Below are positions 46,858-56,022 of a DNA stretch of 64,000 nt, in pieces (position 1 is the first letter of the stretch; each line of letters starts with the position of its first letter). Below the pieces are notes generated by a model, which worked only from the letters and a program-made list of their open reading frames with translations, searched no databases and was not told where the DNA came from. The translations under genes and the position numbers were made by a program. The stretch spans positions 64,001-128,000 of IMG/VR virus record IMGVR_UViG_2756170199_000003, one strand, 5' to 3'. Source of the DNA: a virus (lineage: Duplodnaviria; Caudoviricetes).

Positions 46858-47492
46858 AACCAACTTCAGAAGTTCCTTCAACTGAAGCGCGCGTTGCACC
46901 AGCTGCTACGCATCCGGGCAATTTCATCTGCAGCGTGGCGCAGTCCCTGTGTGAAATTTCCGCCGAGGATGTCGCAAAACTTCCCGAAGACCAGTTCGTC
47001 AACGTTTTCCTGCCGCTGCTCGCAGGCGATACCGAACTACCTTATCCCGCGACGATCGCCGACTGGATATCGATCGCTGGCAGCCCTTACAAGTGCGTCG
47101 ATGTATTTGATAATTCAACGGGTGAAATCCTGTTTCGCGTGCCGCCCTTTTTCGATTATCACGGCGTAAATCCTGTCAGGGACATTAGCAAACGCGGCGG
47201 CGTAGACAGACCCGCCCAGCCCGCTTTTACCGACATCATCGCAACCGCCGCGAATCTCGCCGGTCTTCACGCCAATCAGGCGCGGGCCTTCGTCGAGCAG
47301 TCGTTGCGCTCGCGCGCGCATCTCATGAACAGCAACGTCCTGCTCGCGCGCCATGTCCTGCAGTTCAACGCCATCCTCAAACGCTACGGGCGCAAACCGC
47401 TGTTTGCCGAATCGGAACAGGCGGCCATTGCTGCACGGGACGCGACAGCGCGCGATTGCCACGCAGCACCCGACGTATATGAGGACTTCTGA
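46854..47492 (+). CDS. Conserved jumbo-phage protein
   Basis: LPEDQFVNVFLP, WISIAGSPY..VDV, LFRVPP, ILKRYG motifs. Confidence 0.6.
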   Translation: MKPTSEVPSTEARVAPAATHPGNFICSVAQSLCEISAEDVAKLPEDQFVNVFLPLLAGDTELPYPATIADWISIAGSPYKCVDVFDNSTGEILFRVPPFFDYHGVNPVRDISKRGGVDRPAQPAFTDIIATAANLAGLHANQARAFVEQSLRSRAHLMNSNVLLARHVLQFNAILKRYGRKPLFAESEQAAIAARDATARDCHAAPDVYEDF

Positions 47493-48594
47493 TATCCACG
47501 TCGCTGTTCTCAGCGATATCCATCTCGGCAACCGACGCACACCTACCCGAGACATCATCCGCAATCTCGACGCCGCCTTCCCTGATAACGGGGAAACCGC
47601 CCAGCTTGATCTGATCTGTCTGGCAGGCGATGTCTTCCATACGCTCTTCACGCTCAACGATCACGACGTTCTGGAAATCGACTTCTGGATCTGCCGGCTC
47701 CTCACCCTTTGCAAGAAACACGACATCATCCTTTACGTGGTTGAGGGAACCCGCAGTCACGACTGGGAACAACTCGCGCGTTTCGACGCGATTAACCAGT
47801 TCGCTGGCATTGGCGCGAAGCTCCGGTACGTGAACCAGATCAGCCTCGAGTACGAACCTTCGCTCGACATCTGGGTGGGCTGCGTGCCGGACGAGAGCGC
47901 ACCGACCACTGATCAGGCGCTGGAACGCTTCATGCAGCTCATGAAGGCAAAGGGAATTGTTCAGGTCGACCTGATGTTCATGCACGGCAGCTTCGATTTT
48001 CAGGTTCCGGCTGTCTCACGCACACAGAAGCACGACTCGAAAGCATGGCTGGCCATTACGCGGTATCTGGTGTTTGTGGGCCATGAACATATCCATTCAA
48101 GCTTCGAGCGCATCTACGCCCAAGGGTCGTTCGACCGGATTGCCCACGGCGAGGAAGGACCGAAAGGGCATCTTCGTGCCATCCTGCATCACAACGGCGA
48201 ATACGAAATCACTTTCGTCGAGAACACCGGTGCGCGACGGTACATCACGATCGCCTGCACTGATCTCGGTGTGGAAGACGCGTTGCGAACAATCGATGCC
48301 CGTCTGCGCGAGCTGCCCGAGCATTCCGCCGTGCGTATCGAGGCGAATCACGACCATCCGCTGCTCGCCGACATGGATGCACTCGTGCGCCTCTACCCGT
48401 TTTTCAGCTGGAGCAAAAATCCGCTGCATGCGGAGAACGAAGCGCTCACGACATACGACGAGGACGATGTTTTCGAACCCATCACGATTCACGCCGGCAA
48501 TATCCTGCAGCTCGTAAGCGAACGCATGATCGCCGCGGGCGTCTCCCCCACTGTGCTCTCACTCGCACAGCAAAAAATCCAGGAATGCATGTGA
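47479..48594 (+). CDS. SbcD/Mre11-like metallophosphoesterase nuclease (phiKZ gp65-like)
   Basis: SDIHLG, AGDVF, EGTRSHD, MHG, GHEH, GSFDRIAHGEE. Confidence 0.88.
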   Translation: MRTSDIHVAVLSDIHLGNRRTPTRDIIRNLDAAFPDNGETAQLDLICLAGDVFHTLFTLNDHDVLEIDFWICRLLTLCKKHDIILYVVEGTRSHDWEQLARFDAINQFAGIGAKLRYVNQISLEYEPSLDIWVGCVPDESAPTTDQALERFMQLMKAKGIVQVDLMFMHGSFDFQVPAVSRTQKHDSKAWLAITRYLVFVGHEHIHSSFERIYAQGSFDRIAHGEEGPKGHLRAILHHNGEYEITFVENTGARRYITIACTDLGVEDALRTIDARLRELPEHSAVRIEANHDHPLLADMDALVRLYPFFSWSKNPLHAENEALTTYDEDDVFEPITIHAGNILQLVSERMIAAGVSPTVLSLAQQKIQECM

Positions 48595-49592
48595 TGGCTA
48601 CCTCCCCTGGGCTCGCTGCACGAGCCGTGGGTGCCTTTCCGCTTTCGATCGGCACCTCGCTTGCGCTCGAAGGCGCGCTGGGCATCTATCCCGAGCGCGC
48701 CGAATCCCCCGCACCCATTCTTCGCTACGACGAACTCTGGTGCAATCTGAAGACGCTTTTTCGAAACTGCATCGGCGCACTCGACCGCACGAGCGCCGCG
48801 ACCGTGCTTCCGAACGAGGTGGCATGGACACTGCAGGAGGAAGCGAGCCAGATCGTGAATCTTGTCACCGAGACTACGCGTAGCCGCGTGCAGACCGTGT
48901 TTTACGTGAGCAACTATTCGGGACTCGCAGCACGATACCCACACGCGACATTGCGCGCGGACACAACCACCCGGCAGAAGCAGTATGCGGCCATCCAGAA
49001 AGCCACGATTGAACACCTGCTCAAATCGCGCCGAAAGCCTGCGCACAAACACGATGGCGACAGCCAGGATGCGCCTGACGACCTGCGCGGCCCACCGCAG
49101 GAATCCGCCGATCGCTTTGCGGTTTTTGATCTGAAGCTCTCGCCTGTCACCACAACAAACAGCCAGACAGACAACCCTTCGAGCAACGCCCAAGGCATAT
49201 CCTCCCGCAAGCTCCCCGACCGACCTCCCCCGCGTGTACTGCTACTCACCCACTATCCGTACGACCTCTTTTCATCAAGGCGCTTCAGGAGCATGACGCT
49301 GCTGGAGTCGCATACCGGGCGCCTGAAGGAGAAAGCGCTCTGGCACACGAAGTATCACGAAGGCCGCTCACTCGCGATGATCCCGTTTCGCGAGGACCTC
49401 ATCCAGGTATTCGGTGACAGCGAGCTGTTTGCACCCATGCGCATTGATCTGCGACGCGAACTCATCGAGGTCGCACAGAAAATGCAGTGGAACCCCACGA
49501 CGACCTACGAGCGCATTGCGCTCGGCGTGGACTTCATCAGGAACCCGTACGCACGGGAGGTCCTGAAGAAAATCATCTCAAGCCGCTATTAG
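48594..49592 (+). CDS. Conserved jumbo-phage protein (phiKZ gp66-like)
   Basis: FPLSIGTSLALE, NLKTLFRN, LTHYPYDL, LLESHTG, QVFGD motifs. Confidence 0.65.
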   Translation: MATSPGLAARAVGAFPLSIGTSLALEGALGIYPERAESPAPILRYDELWCNLKTLFRNCIGALDRTSAATVLPNEVAWTLQEEASQIVNLVTETTRSRVQTVFYVSNYSGLAARYPHATLRADTTTRQKQYAAIQKATIEHLLKSRRKPAHKHDGDSQDAPDDLRGPPQESADRFAVFDLKLSPVTTTNSQTDNPSSNAQGISSRKLPDRPPPRVLLLTHYPYDLFSSRRFRSMTLLESHTGRLKEKALWHTKYHEGRSLAMIPFREDLIQVFGDSELFAPMRIDLRRELIEVAQKMQWNPTTTYERIALGVDFIRNPYAREVLKKIISSRY

Positions 49593-49705
49593 CCGCTCTG
49601 GCACGCACGAGCCAGGAGGCACCTGTTGTACCAATCCAGTTTTTATTGGCCACGGCCATGTTGTGTCGCGAGTGGCGTGGCTATTCAACCGTAAAGGAAC
49701 CAACG

Positions 49706-50386
49706 ATGTCAGAGTCCCGCAAGGAACGCAGCAAGACCATACTCGACTCCCGCCGCATGATGCTATCTGCACCGCTTGATAAAGGAAAAGGTGGTGCGGG
49801 CGGGAAAAAGATCTGGTCGACGCTGCGCGTAGATGTGTTCTCCAATATGCCATGGATCACCGTCTACACCAATGATCCCGACGATCAGAAAAATGACGAC
49901 GGGCGCATCAAGGCACGAATTTCGCCACTGGAGTTTGCAGCGATGCTTCTCGATCTGGAGAACATGATCGGGGAGTCCGCTGGCGAGGACAAGGAACGTG
50001 CGCTTGTCAATTTCGATCCCGATTCTCCACGAGGTGAGGAGCGCCAGAAACAGTCCGCATTCCGTTATGGAAAGAACAAGAACGGCATCGTCTGGGTAGG
50101 GCTGTACATGCCCAAACGACCGTTCATCCGTTTCGAATTCCGGTTCAGCCAGTTTCACGCACTCCAGCACAAAGGCGGCGAGCAGTTCAGCGAAGCCGAA
50201 GCCTCGCAGCTTTTCGCACGGGGCTGGGTGCAGCTCGTCAGGCAATACGTTGTCGATCTGATGAGAACGGGATATGAACACTGGCAACCCGATAACGATT
50301 CGGGTGCAAAGAAAAACAGGGGCGGGAGTTCATCTTCGTCGCGCAACAGCTATCCTGAAATGGAGGATGACGACATTCCCATGTGA
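49706..50386 (+). CDS. chmC: ChmC-like nucleus-associated nucleic-acid-binding protein (phiKZ gp67-like)
   Basis: Position directly upstream of the gp68-like nvRNAP subunit; beta-rich core, disordered Gly/Ser linker and acidic DDDIPM tail. Confidence 0.6.
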   Translation: MSESRKERSKTILDSRRMMLSAPLDKGKGGAGGKKIWSTLRVDVFSNMPWITVYTNDPDDQKNDDGRIKARISPLEFAAMLLDLENMIGESAGEDKERALVNFDPDSPRGEERQKQSAFRYGKNKNGIVWVGLYMPKRPFIRFEFRFSQFHALQHKGGEQFSEAEASQLFARGWVQLVRQYVVDLMRTGYEHWQPDNDSGAKKNRGGSSSSSRNSYPEMEDDDIPM

Positions 50387-50524
50387 GCGCTCCAGCTCAC
50401 TGTTCGTGATTCCGTTTCGACCCGGAGACATTTCCTTACGAACTGTACGCGAGGCAGCCAGACCTGGCTGCCCGCTTTCTTTCCCCAATGAAACGACACC
50501 AGGAATCCAAAGGAGATTGAGCGA

Positions 50525-50532
50525 TATATCAC
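50525..50532 (+). promoter_or_regulatory. TATATCAC putative phage early promoter
   Basis: GCGATATATCAC is identical to the copy at 29945-29956. Confidence 0.6.
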
Positions 50533-50569
50533 TGTCCTGCTGAATTGCCAGGCGCTTTTCTGGAGGGAC

Positions 50570-52150
50570 ATGGTGAAACTAAGAATCAGCAAGATAGGAC
50601 TCGCCGAAAACACCCGCACCGAAGTTGAACTCGAGCATCAGGGCAAGACGATCGAGTGGAATGTTTCGGAATTCAGGAATCTCATCAAAAACCTCGACTA
50701 CGACGTTTTCGAGCAGATCAACCAGTACTGGGCACGAATGCCGCCCGCAAGGCTTGACGAGGCATTCACGGTCTATAGCGAGATCCGGGACGTCTTCCGG
50801 GAGTGTTACGAAACACATGCATTGATGCGAAGGCTCCAGGAGCCCGTAGCGAAGCTTTGCGAGCTTCATACGCTCGAGGATATCCGCCACTGGATCGACT
50901 TCCACGGCAGCCTGCGATGGCCTGACGATGTGAGGGATGAGTTCGTGATGTACGAGATGCCCGGTACACGCGAAGGTACGTATTTGCGCGAGGAATACGG
51001 CTGGCTGGTCGCTATTGCCATCGCGCTGCGCGTGATCTTTCCCGTGTGGGGCGAATTCATTGCGCGCATCCGCGCCGAGGTACCAACGGGCTGGAAGGAA
51101 TTCTACGCGTTGCAGCTTCTGGCACGCACCTCGCTTGGCCAGAGCCCCCACATGACGCGGCTTCGTACCTATGTTGAGCTCAACGCCGGGATCGAAGCGA
51201 TGCGGGGCGATGTCGGCTCGAGCGCACATGTCTTCAAGGGCATCAGCACGGAAGACTACCCGACGCTGCTCGCCGCGATCGTGCTCGTACGCAAGCTGAG
51301 TATCGCTGACGTGCGGGGACTCGACGCCTCGTCGAATCTCGTCTCCTGCGTTTTCATGTCGATCAGGCACAAGATCCGCCCCGGCTCTGAAGGAGGATTC
51401 AACGGCATCATCAAGGAAAAGAAGGAACCCGAAACATACGGTCAGGACGACGCCAACCAGCAGTCGCGACTTGAGGGGTGCAAGGAGAAGATGCCGGTTG
51501 CCGACGGCAAGATCGCGCCCTTCGTCGACTATGCACGCGACATGCGTCACATCGCGAGACGGATCGCACCGGACATGCCGCCCGATTATCTGGAAATGTC
51601 GCTGGAATCGGTCAGGGCGCTCGAGCAGGTGCGAGAGCGGCGCGTGCAGAAGATCCTGACCATGTATGTCCTGAACTACCGCAACCAGTTGCGCTCGCGC
51701 TCGCTTTTCCACCTACTCCCCTCACAGATGCTGGAGGCGATCGCCGTGGCCCAGGCCGTGTTCTGGCACAAGGGCTATCGCGAACTGGCCGCGCTGGTGA
51801 GCGCGCTTGCGGTCTCCGACACCGACGTCATGTACCTCGGCAGCATGGAAGCGCGCGCAAAAATCCCGCAGGCCACGATTGAGGAACTCGAGCGCTGGTA
51901 CCCGTATCCGCGTATGCCCGGCGGAAAGCAGTCCGGCAAGCAGAAAGCCGCCCGCGTGCCCACCAGTGCCGAGGTCGCCATCGATCTCGTGCTCAAACAG
52001 CTCGATGAAACCGGCTGGCGTCTCACGCTTCCAGCGCCATGGGTCGAAGAACTCACGCGCAATCCACGCGAGCGGCACTACCCCGTCCCCGGAAACATCC
52101 GCGTCAAACTCGCGCAACTTGCCGTTGCGCTCGCATCAAGGAGCTTCTAA
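50570..52150 (+). CDS. Non-virion RNAP promoter-specificity subunit (phiKZ gp68-like)
   Basis: 526 aa; FEQINQYW, TYLREEY..L, PVWGEFI, KEFYA motifs; synteny. Confidence 0.75.
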   Translation: MVKLRISKIGLAENTRTEVELEHQGKTIEWNVSEFRNLIKNLDYDVFEQINQYWARMPPARLDEAFTVYSEIRDVFRECYETHALMRRLQEPVAKLCELHTLEDIRHWIDFHGSLRWPDDVRDEFVMYEMPGTREGTYLREEYGWLVAIAIALRVIFPVWGEFIARIRAEVPTGWKEFYALQLLARTSLGQSPHMTRLRTYVELNAGIEAMRGDVGSSAHVFKGISTEDYPTLLAAIVLVRKLSIADVRGLDASSNLVSCVFMSIRHKIRPGSEGGFNGIIKEKKEPETYGQDDANQQSRLEGCKEKMPVADGKIAPFVDYARDMRHIARRIAPDMPPDYLEMSLESVRALEQVRERRVQKILTMYVLNYRNQLRSRSLFHLLPSQMLEAIAVAQAVFWHKGYRELAALVSALAVSDTDVMYLGSMEARAKIPQATIEELERWYPYPRMPGGKQSGKQKAARVPTSAEVAIDLVLKQLDETGWRLTLPAPWVEELTRNPRERHYPVPGNIRVKLAQLAVALASRSF

Positions 52151-52153
52151 ACC

Positions 52154-53632
52154 ATGAATATCCCCACCCGCATCGCCATCAAACGCCTGATCATCTTCGA
52201 GACGGGTACGTACAACACCCAGTACATGCGCCCCTATGACAATGAACTCCAGGGGACCGGACTCAATATGGTCTGCGAGGCACTCCAGGGCGAAAGCCGC
52301 TTCACCCCGGCGCGCCTTGCCGGCATCGCAAACCAGATTGTGACCCCGCGGGCAACACCCGAGAAAGCCATCGGTATCGTGAACGGCTGGGACACGCCGC
52401 GATGCCGGTTCGTGATGGAAGTGGAAACCCAGAACATGGGTGGCGCGACCAGTTCGTCGGTGATTCTTGGCTGGACCAGCCACATGGGCATCATCGATGA
52501 AAGCGGACGCCGTATCGATCCGAACATGCAGTTCTTCGTGAACTCCGTGATGCAGGTGCGCACTCATATCGAAGCCACGCCGGCTGGCAACCAGGTCTAC
52601 ACCAACGTTACCGAGAACGCCCAGGTGCTGGTCGATCCGACGTACTTCGATGCGTATGTGAAGGACAAGACGACGAGCATGCGCCCGGAGGACATGTACG
52701 CGACGATGGGTCTGAGCCATCTGCGCAACCTTCGCGATACGCTCGATACGCGCACGACCCTCACGCGCACGCCCGTAGCCTCGAACCGGACCAACTCCAT
52801 CGCCGCCTTCTACGCGGCCAACGTGCTCGACAACTACCGGAAGGCGGCCGACAGCAACAACTTCGGTCTGCAGCCCGAAACCGAAGTGCTCGATTCCGCA
52901 CGGGGCTACGCGCAGGAGAGCCTGCTCGCTCTCAATCCGTTCTTCCGGGTGATGCAGGAGTACCAGGACGGCATGCTCACCAACTTCTTCACGTGGTCCG
53001 ACCTGTGCAGGCTGGACCCGGAGGTTGTGAACAAGGTCCAGCCGCGGCGGCTCAGACCGGACGTACTCGTCCATCGTGTCAGCAGTGGCATGTCGGCAGA
53101 CTGGGAAGCATCCAACCGGATCACCCAGGTTGCCGCCCTCCTCGCCCAGTCCGTGCCAGCGCTGATGTCCGTGCTCAAGCTGAGCAAGCTCGTGTTCACC
53201 GCGACCAACGGTCAGGTCTTCTCACCAGGCTCGGCCAGCATCATCAACGGGCAGTCGTCCATCACGTTCACGGTTATCGATGCCAACAGCTTCTCCGCGG
53301 AAGATCTTTCGCCGTACCTCAACCAGTTCAGGATCAATCTGGAGCACATGATCCTCAACGATGTGTCGCACCACAACCAGTTCGACTTCGCGCTGAGGAT
53401 GGAGGTCGACCTGCTGGGCGAGACCTGGATCCACCTCTCGCTCGACAGGGGACCCGTTATCACCTATGCGACACCGAGTTTCGCGGATGCGCTCAATCCA
53501 CCTGTCCTCACGAGCCAGACCGACCTGAGCCGCCGTCTGGCGGGCGACTTCCACGAGATCTGCACGAGCATCACGAACTACGACGGCACAAGTGAGATGG
53601 CGCCACGCAGAACGCAGTTCGGGCTCGTTTGA
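52154..53632 (+). CDS. picA: PicA/Imp1 phage-nucleus protein import factor (phiKZ gp69-like)
   Basis: 492 aa directly after the gp68-like gene; ETGTYN..Y.RPY, IVNGW...R.RF, MRPED, PSFADAL motifs. Confidence 0.7.
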   Translation: MNIPTRIAIKRLIIFETGTYNTQYMRPYDNELQGTGLNMVCEALQGESRFTPARLAGIANQIVTPRATPEKAIGIVNGWDTPRCRFVMEVETQNMGGATSSSVILGWTSHMGIIDESGRRIDPNMQFFVNSVMQVRTHIEATPAGNQVYTNVTENAQVLVDPTYFDAYVKDKTTSMRPEDMYATMGLSHLRNLRDTLDTRTTLTRTPVASNRTNSIAAFYAANVLDNYRKAADSNNFGLQPETEVLDSARGYAQESLLALNPFFRVMQEYQDGMLTNFFTWSDLCRLDPEVVNKVQPRRLRPDVLVHRVSSGMSADWEASNRITQVAALLAQSVPALMSVLKLSKLVFTATNGQVFSPGSASIINGQSSITFTVIDANSFSAEDLSPYLNQFRINLEHMILNDVSHHNQFDFALRMEVDLLGETWIHLSLDRGPVITYATPSFADALNPPVLTSQTDLSRRLAGDFHEICTSITNYDGTSEMAPRRTQFGLV

Positions 53633-53758
53633 CACGTTCACCAGGGACCCAACCACAGGCTCCATTTCCGGCTCGCACTACAAACCCGGGCACGGAGCCT
53701 GATTTACTGATATCCAGACTGAAGGAGCGGGACCACGCAAGCGGGCCCGATTCACTAC

Positions 53759-55042
53759 ATGACACCAACGCTCATTGACGTCTACAGGCAGTTACTGAAG
53801 ACAGCGAATCTGTCCGTCACGGCCGACAACATGATTTCCGGCACCCTCCTGGGTGAGACCGAGCCCGTGCTGGTCGAAGGCAAGCGGCTCGTACTGCCAA
53901 CGAATGAATTTCAGACCGCGGACAAGTCGGAGATCGTGCTGTTTCATCCGCTCGCAGAGCAGGTCACGCGAGGCAGCTCTCCCGTACTCGATAAATATCG
54001 TGCGCTGCTGGTTCATCACCTGGACATGATCGCAAGCCTTCAGATGAAGCATCTGTTGCGTATTGCCAGCTCACCCGAGCTGCACAAGGATCTGAGCCCC
54101 GACCAGTCCGAGTTCCTCTCGTTCGTCAAGGAAGCCGACGAAAAGACCATGGAGCTCCTCGAGAAAGTGCTGGACGTGATGGAAATGGGCCAGACCGCGC
54201 GCCAACCCGTTTCGATTTTCCTGAAGAAGACCGGAACGCTCGCCGGCAAGCGCCACAAGCGCGTGGGTGTCGTGAGCTTTCCGCTATGGCAGGAGTTGCA
54301 GAAACCCGAACAGGATATCTGGGGCGTCGCGTGCCGCAAGAAGGACAAGGAAACGCTCACCGCGCTGCTGGAGTTCATGTTCCCGCAAATCGGTGAACCC
54401 GAGGCATACAACCGCGGATCGGACTCGGGAATCGCGACGAATCTCCACGCGCTGATGCAGGCAGCACTTGCCGTCGTTGAGGCACTGAACGACATCACCC
54501 AGACGTTCGACATGCCCGAGAAGTTCCTGATCGACACCGACTGGCAGGAAACCTTCATGAACCTGAATCTGCTGCAGGCGGAAATCTGGCGTGTCCCGCC
54601 ACAGGCGGGCAACGAGGGGGTACCCTGGGACGAACCGCAGCCGGCGGCCAGTGCGACGTCGACGGCTGTGACCCGGATGGAGACACATCTGGAAAGCACG
54701 CGGCGCCCGTTCAACGACACGAAGGCGCGAGTGGCATCGCAACCTGCTGTGAATAGTGGCGTCAGCGGGCAATCGCGCCCGGAGGCTGGACTCGAGTACA
54801 CGAAGGACGGGCTCGATTTCAGCTCGGTAATACGCGCGAATCCGGCGCTCGCCAGCACGGGGGCTCCCCAGGTTCAGCCGGCTGCCCCACCGCAGACCTC
54901 GCAGTGGGCCCAACGCGCAATGGAGGCGCGCTCGCGCCCGCCGATGTTCCAGCGCGGCAACGAGAGCTGGTCAGGAGGCGGTAGCACCAGCGGCAGCATT
55001 TTCCCGGGCACGTCCGGCGGTGGGCGCCGGGGCCTGGTCTGA
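53759..55042 (+). CDS. Conserved jumbo-phage protein (phiKZ gp70-like) with disordered C-terminus
   Basis: GKRLVLPT, FHPLAE..RGSSPV, PPQAGNEG motifs; synteny. Confidence 0.65.
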   Translation: MTPTLIDVYRQLLKTANLSVTADNMISGTLLGETEPVLVEGKRLVLPTNEFQTADKSEIVLFHPLAEQVTRGSSPVLDKYRALLVHHLDMIASLQMKHLLRIASSPELHKDLSPDQSEFLSFVKEADEKTMELLEKVLDVMEMGQTARQPVSIFLKKTGTLAGKRHKRVGVVSFPLWQELQKPEQDIWGVACRKKDKETLTALLEFMFPQIGEPEAYNRGSDSGIATNLHALMQAALAVVEALNDITQTFDMPEKFLIDTDWQETFMNLNLLQAEIWRVPPQAGNEGVPWDEPQPAASATSTAVTRMETHLESTRRPFNDTKARVASQPAVNSGVSGQSRPEAGLEYTKDGLDFSSVIRANPALASTGAPQVQPAAPPQTSQWAQRAMEARSRPPMFQRGNESWSGGGSTSGSIFPGTSGGGRRGLV

Positions 55043-55119
55043 GTCATTGATGCCACGGGAGAAGCGTTTGCGCTTCTCCCGTCTTTTCCCCAATTTGCAG
55101 TCAATCAACAGGAGAACGG

Positions 55120-55368
55120 ATGGCTGGTTTGCTGAATCAGGCTCAGGCTGAAGCTGCGCTTGCGGCGATGGTCGCACTGAACAACGTCTACGGTATCGTT
55201 CATCTCCGTATCGAACGCAAGGATGACGGCTGGCTGCACGTCGCCGAGCACAAGGACGGACGCGTACATGTGTATATCCGTGGCTCGACCAGCAGGTACC
55301 GCGTGGGTACGTCCGAGTGCTTCAAGGACCAGCACGCTTTTGCCAGCGCTTACGGACTGGATAGCTGA
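55120..55368 (+). CDS. Small hypothetical protein
   Basis: AGGAG RBS; followed by a GC-rich hairpin at 55373-55396. Confidence 0.55.
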   Translation: MAGLLNQAQAEAALAAMVALNNVYGIVHLRIERKDDGWLHVAEHKDGRVHVYIRGSTSRYRVGTSECFKDQHAFASAYGLDS

Positions 55369-55503
55369 ACATAGCGCCCGCCCGAAGGCGGGCGCTGCGA
55401 AGAGAAGTTACCGGAACAGATGGTCGGCACCATCGGGCACACGCCCTCATGCAGACACGACGGATCAGGTGCCCTTCTTTTTTTGCTTTCACCCAGGCGC
55501 CGC

Positions 55504-55893
55504 TCACGTCGTCATGACGCTGCTGGTCATATACGCCGAGCGCAGCTGCTCGATCACATTCTGGGGAGGCAGCAGAAGCAGTGAAGTGCGCGCGCCAAAT
55601 TCAGTTGGGGCCGTGTAGTTGTTCATGCGCATCGCAACCCAGTGAAACTGGGGCGCAACGCCAAGATTCTGGAGGAATCCGAACAGATCATTTTCATATG
55701 CCCAGTCCGAGTCCTGAGCCGTCACCGCGACCAGTTGCGTCGCCGGGTGTGTCCTGAGAAATCCCATGTGATCTTCCAGAACCCGACGAAATCCATCGGT
55801 GTAGTAGACGGCGGGACCGGGATTGATCATCAGACTGCCTATCGGGGCAACGGCGGGCGCAACCGCGGATGCAACGACAGCGGTACTGGCCAT
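55504..55893 (-). CDS. Conserved small jumbo-phage protein (possibly LysM/T4 gp53-like wedge fold)
   Basis: FRRVLEDHM..LR, DLFGFL, HWVAMRMN motifs. Confidence 0.55.
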   Translation of the reverse strand: MASTAVVASAVAPAVAPIGSLMINPGPAVYYTDGFRRVLEDHMGFLRTHPATQLVAVTAQDSDWAYENDLFGFLQNLGVAPQFHWVAMRMNNYTAPTEFGARTSLLLLPPQNVIEQLRSAYMTSSVMTT

Positions 55894-55925
55894 GGTGCAC
55901 ATCCTCACGAAAAACGGTTGAGACC

Positions 55926-55933
55926 TATATCAC
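55926..55933 (+). promoter_or_regulatory. TATATCAC putative phage early promoter
   Basis: Recurrent motif upstream of the nvRNAP beta gene. Confidence 0.6.
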
Positions 55934-56022
55934 CCCTGTAGCACCCGAACGGGCACCGCACAGAAGCTTTTTTGTGCTGTGTTCCAGCGGGAGCGGTGGA
56001 GACGTTTTTTCAGGAAGACCCC

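Noticed and set aside
53701-53718. TTTACTGATATCCAG upstream of the gp70-like gene as another early promoter
   Set aside because: It shares the flank of the chmA copy but deviates from the TATATCAC core at several positions; too weak to call.
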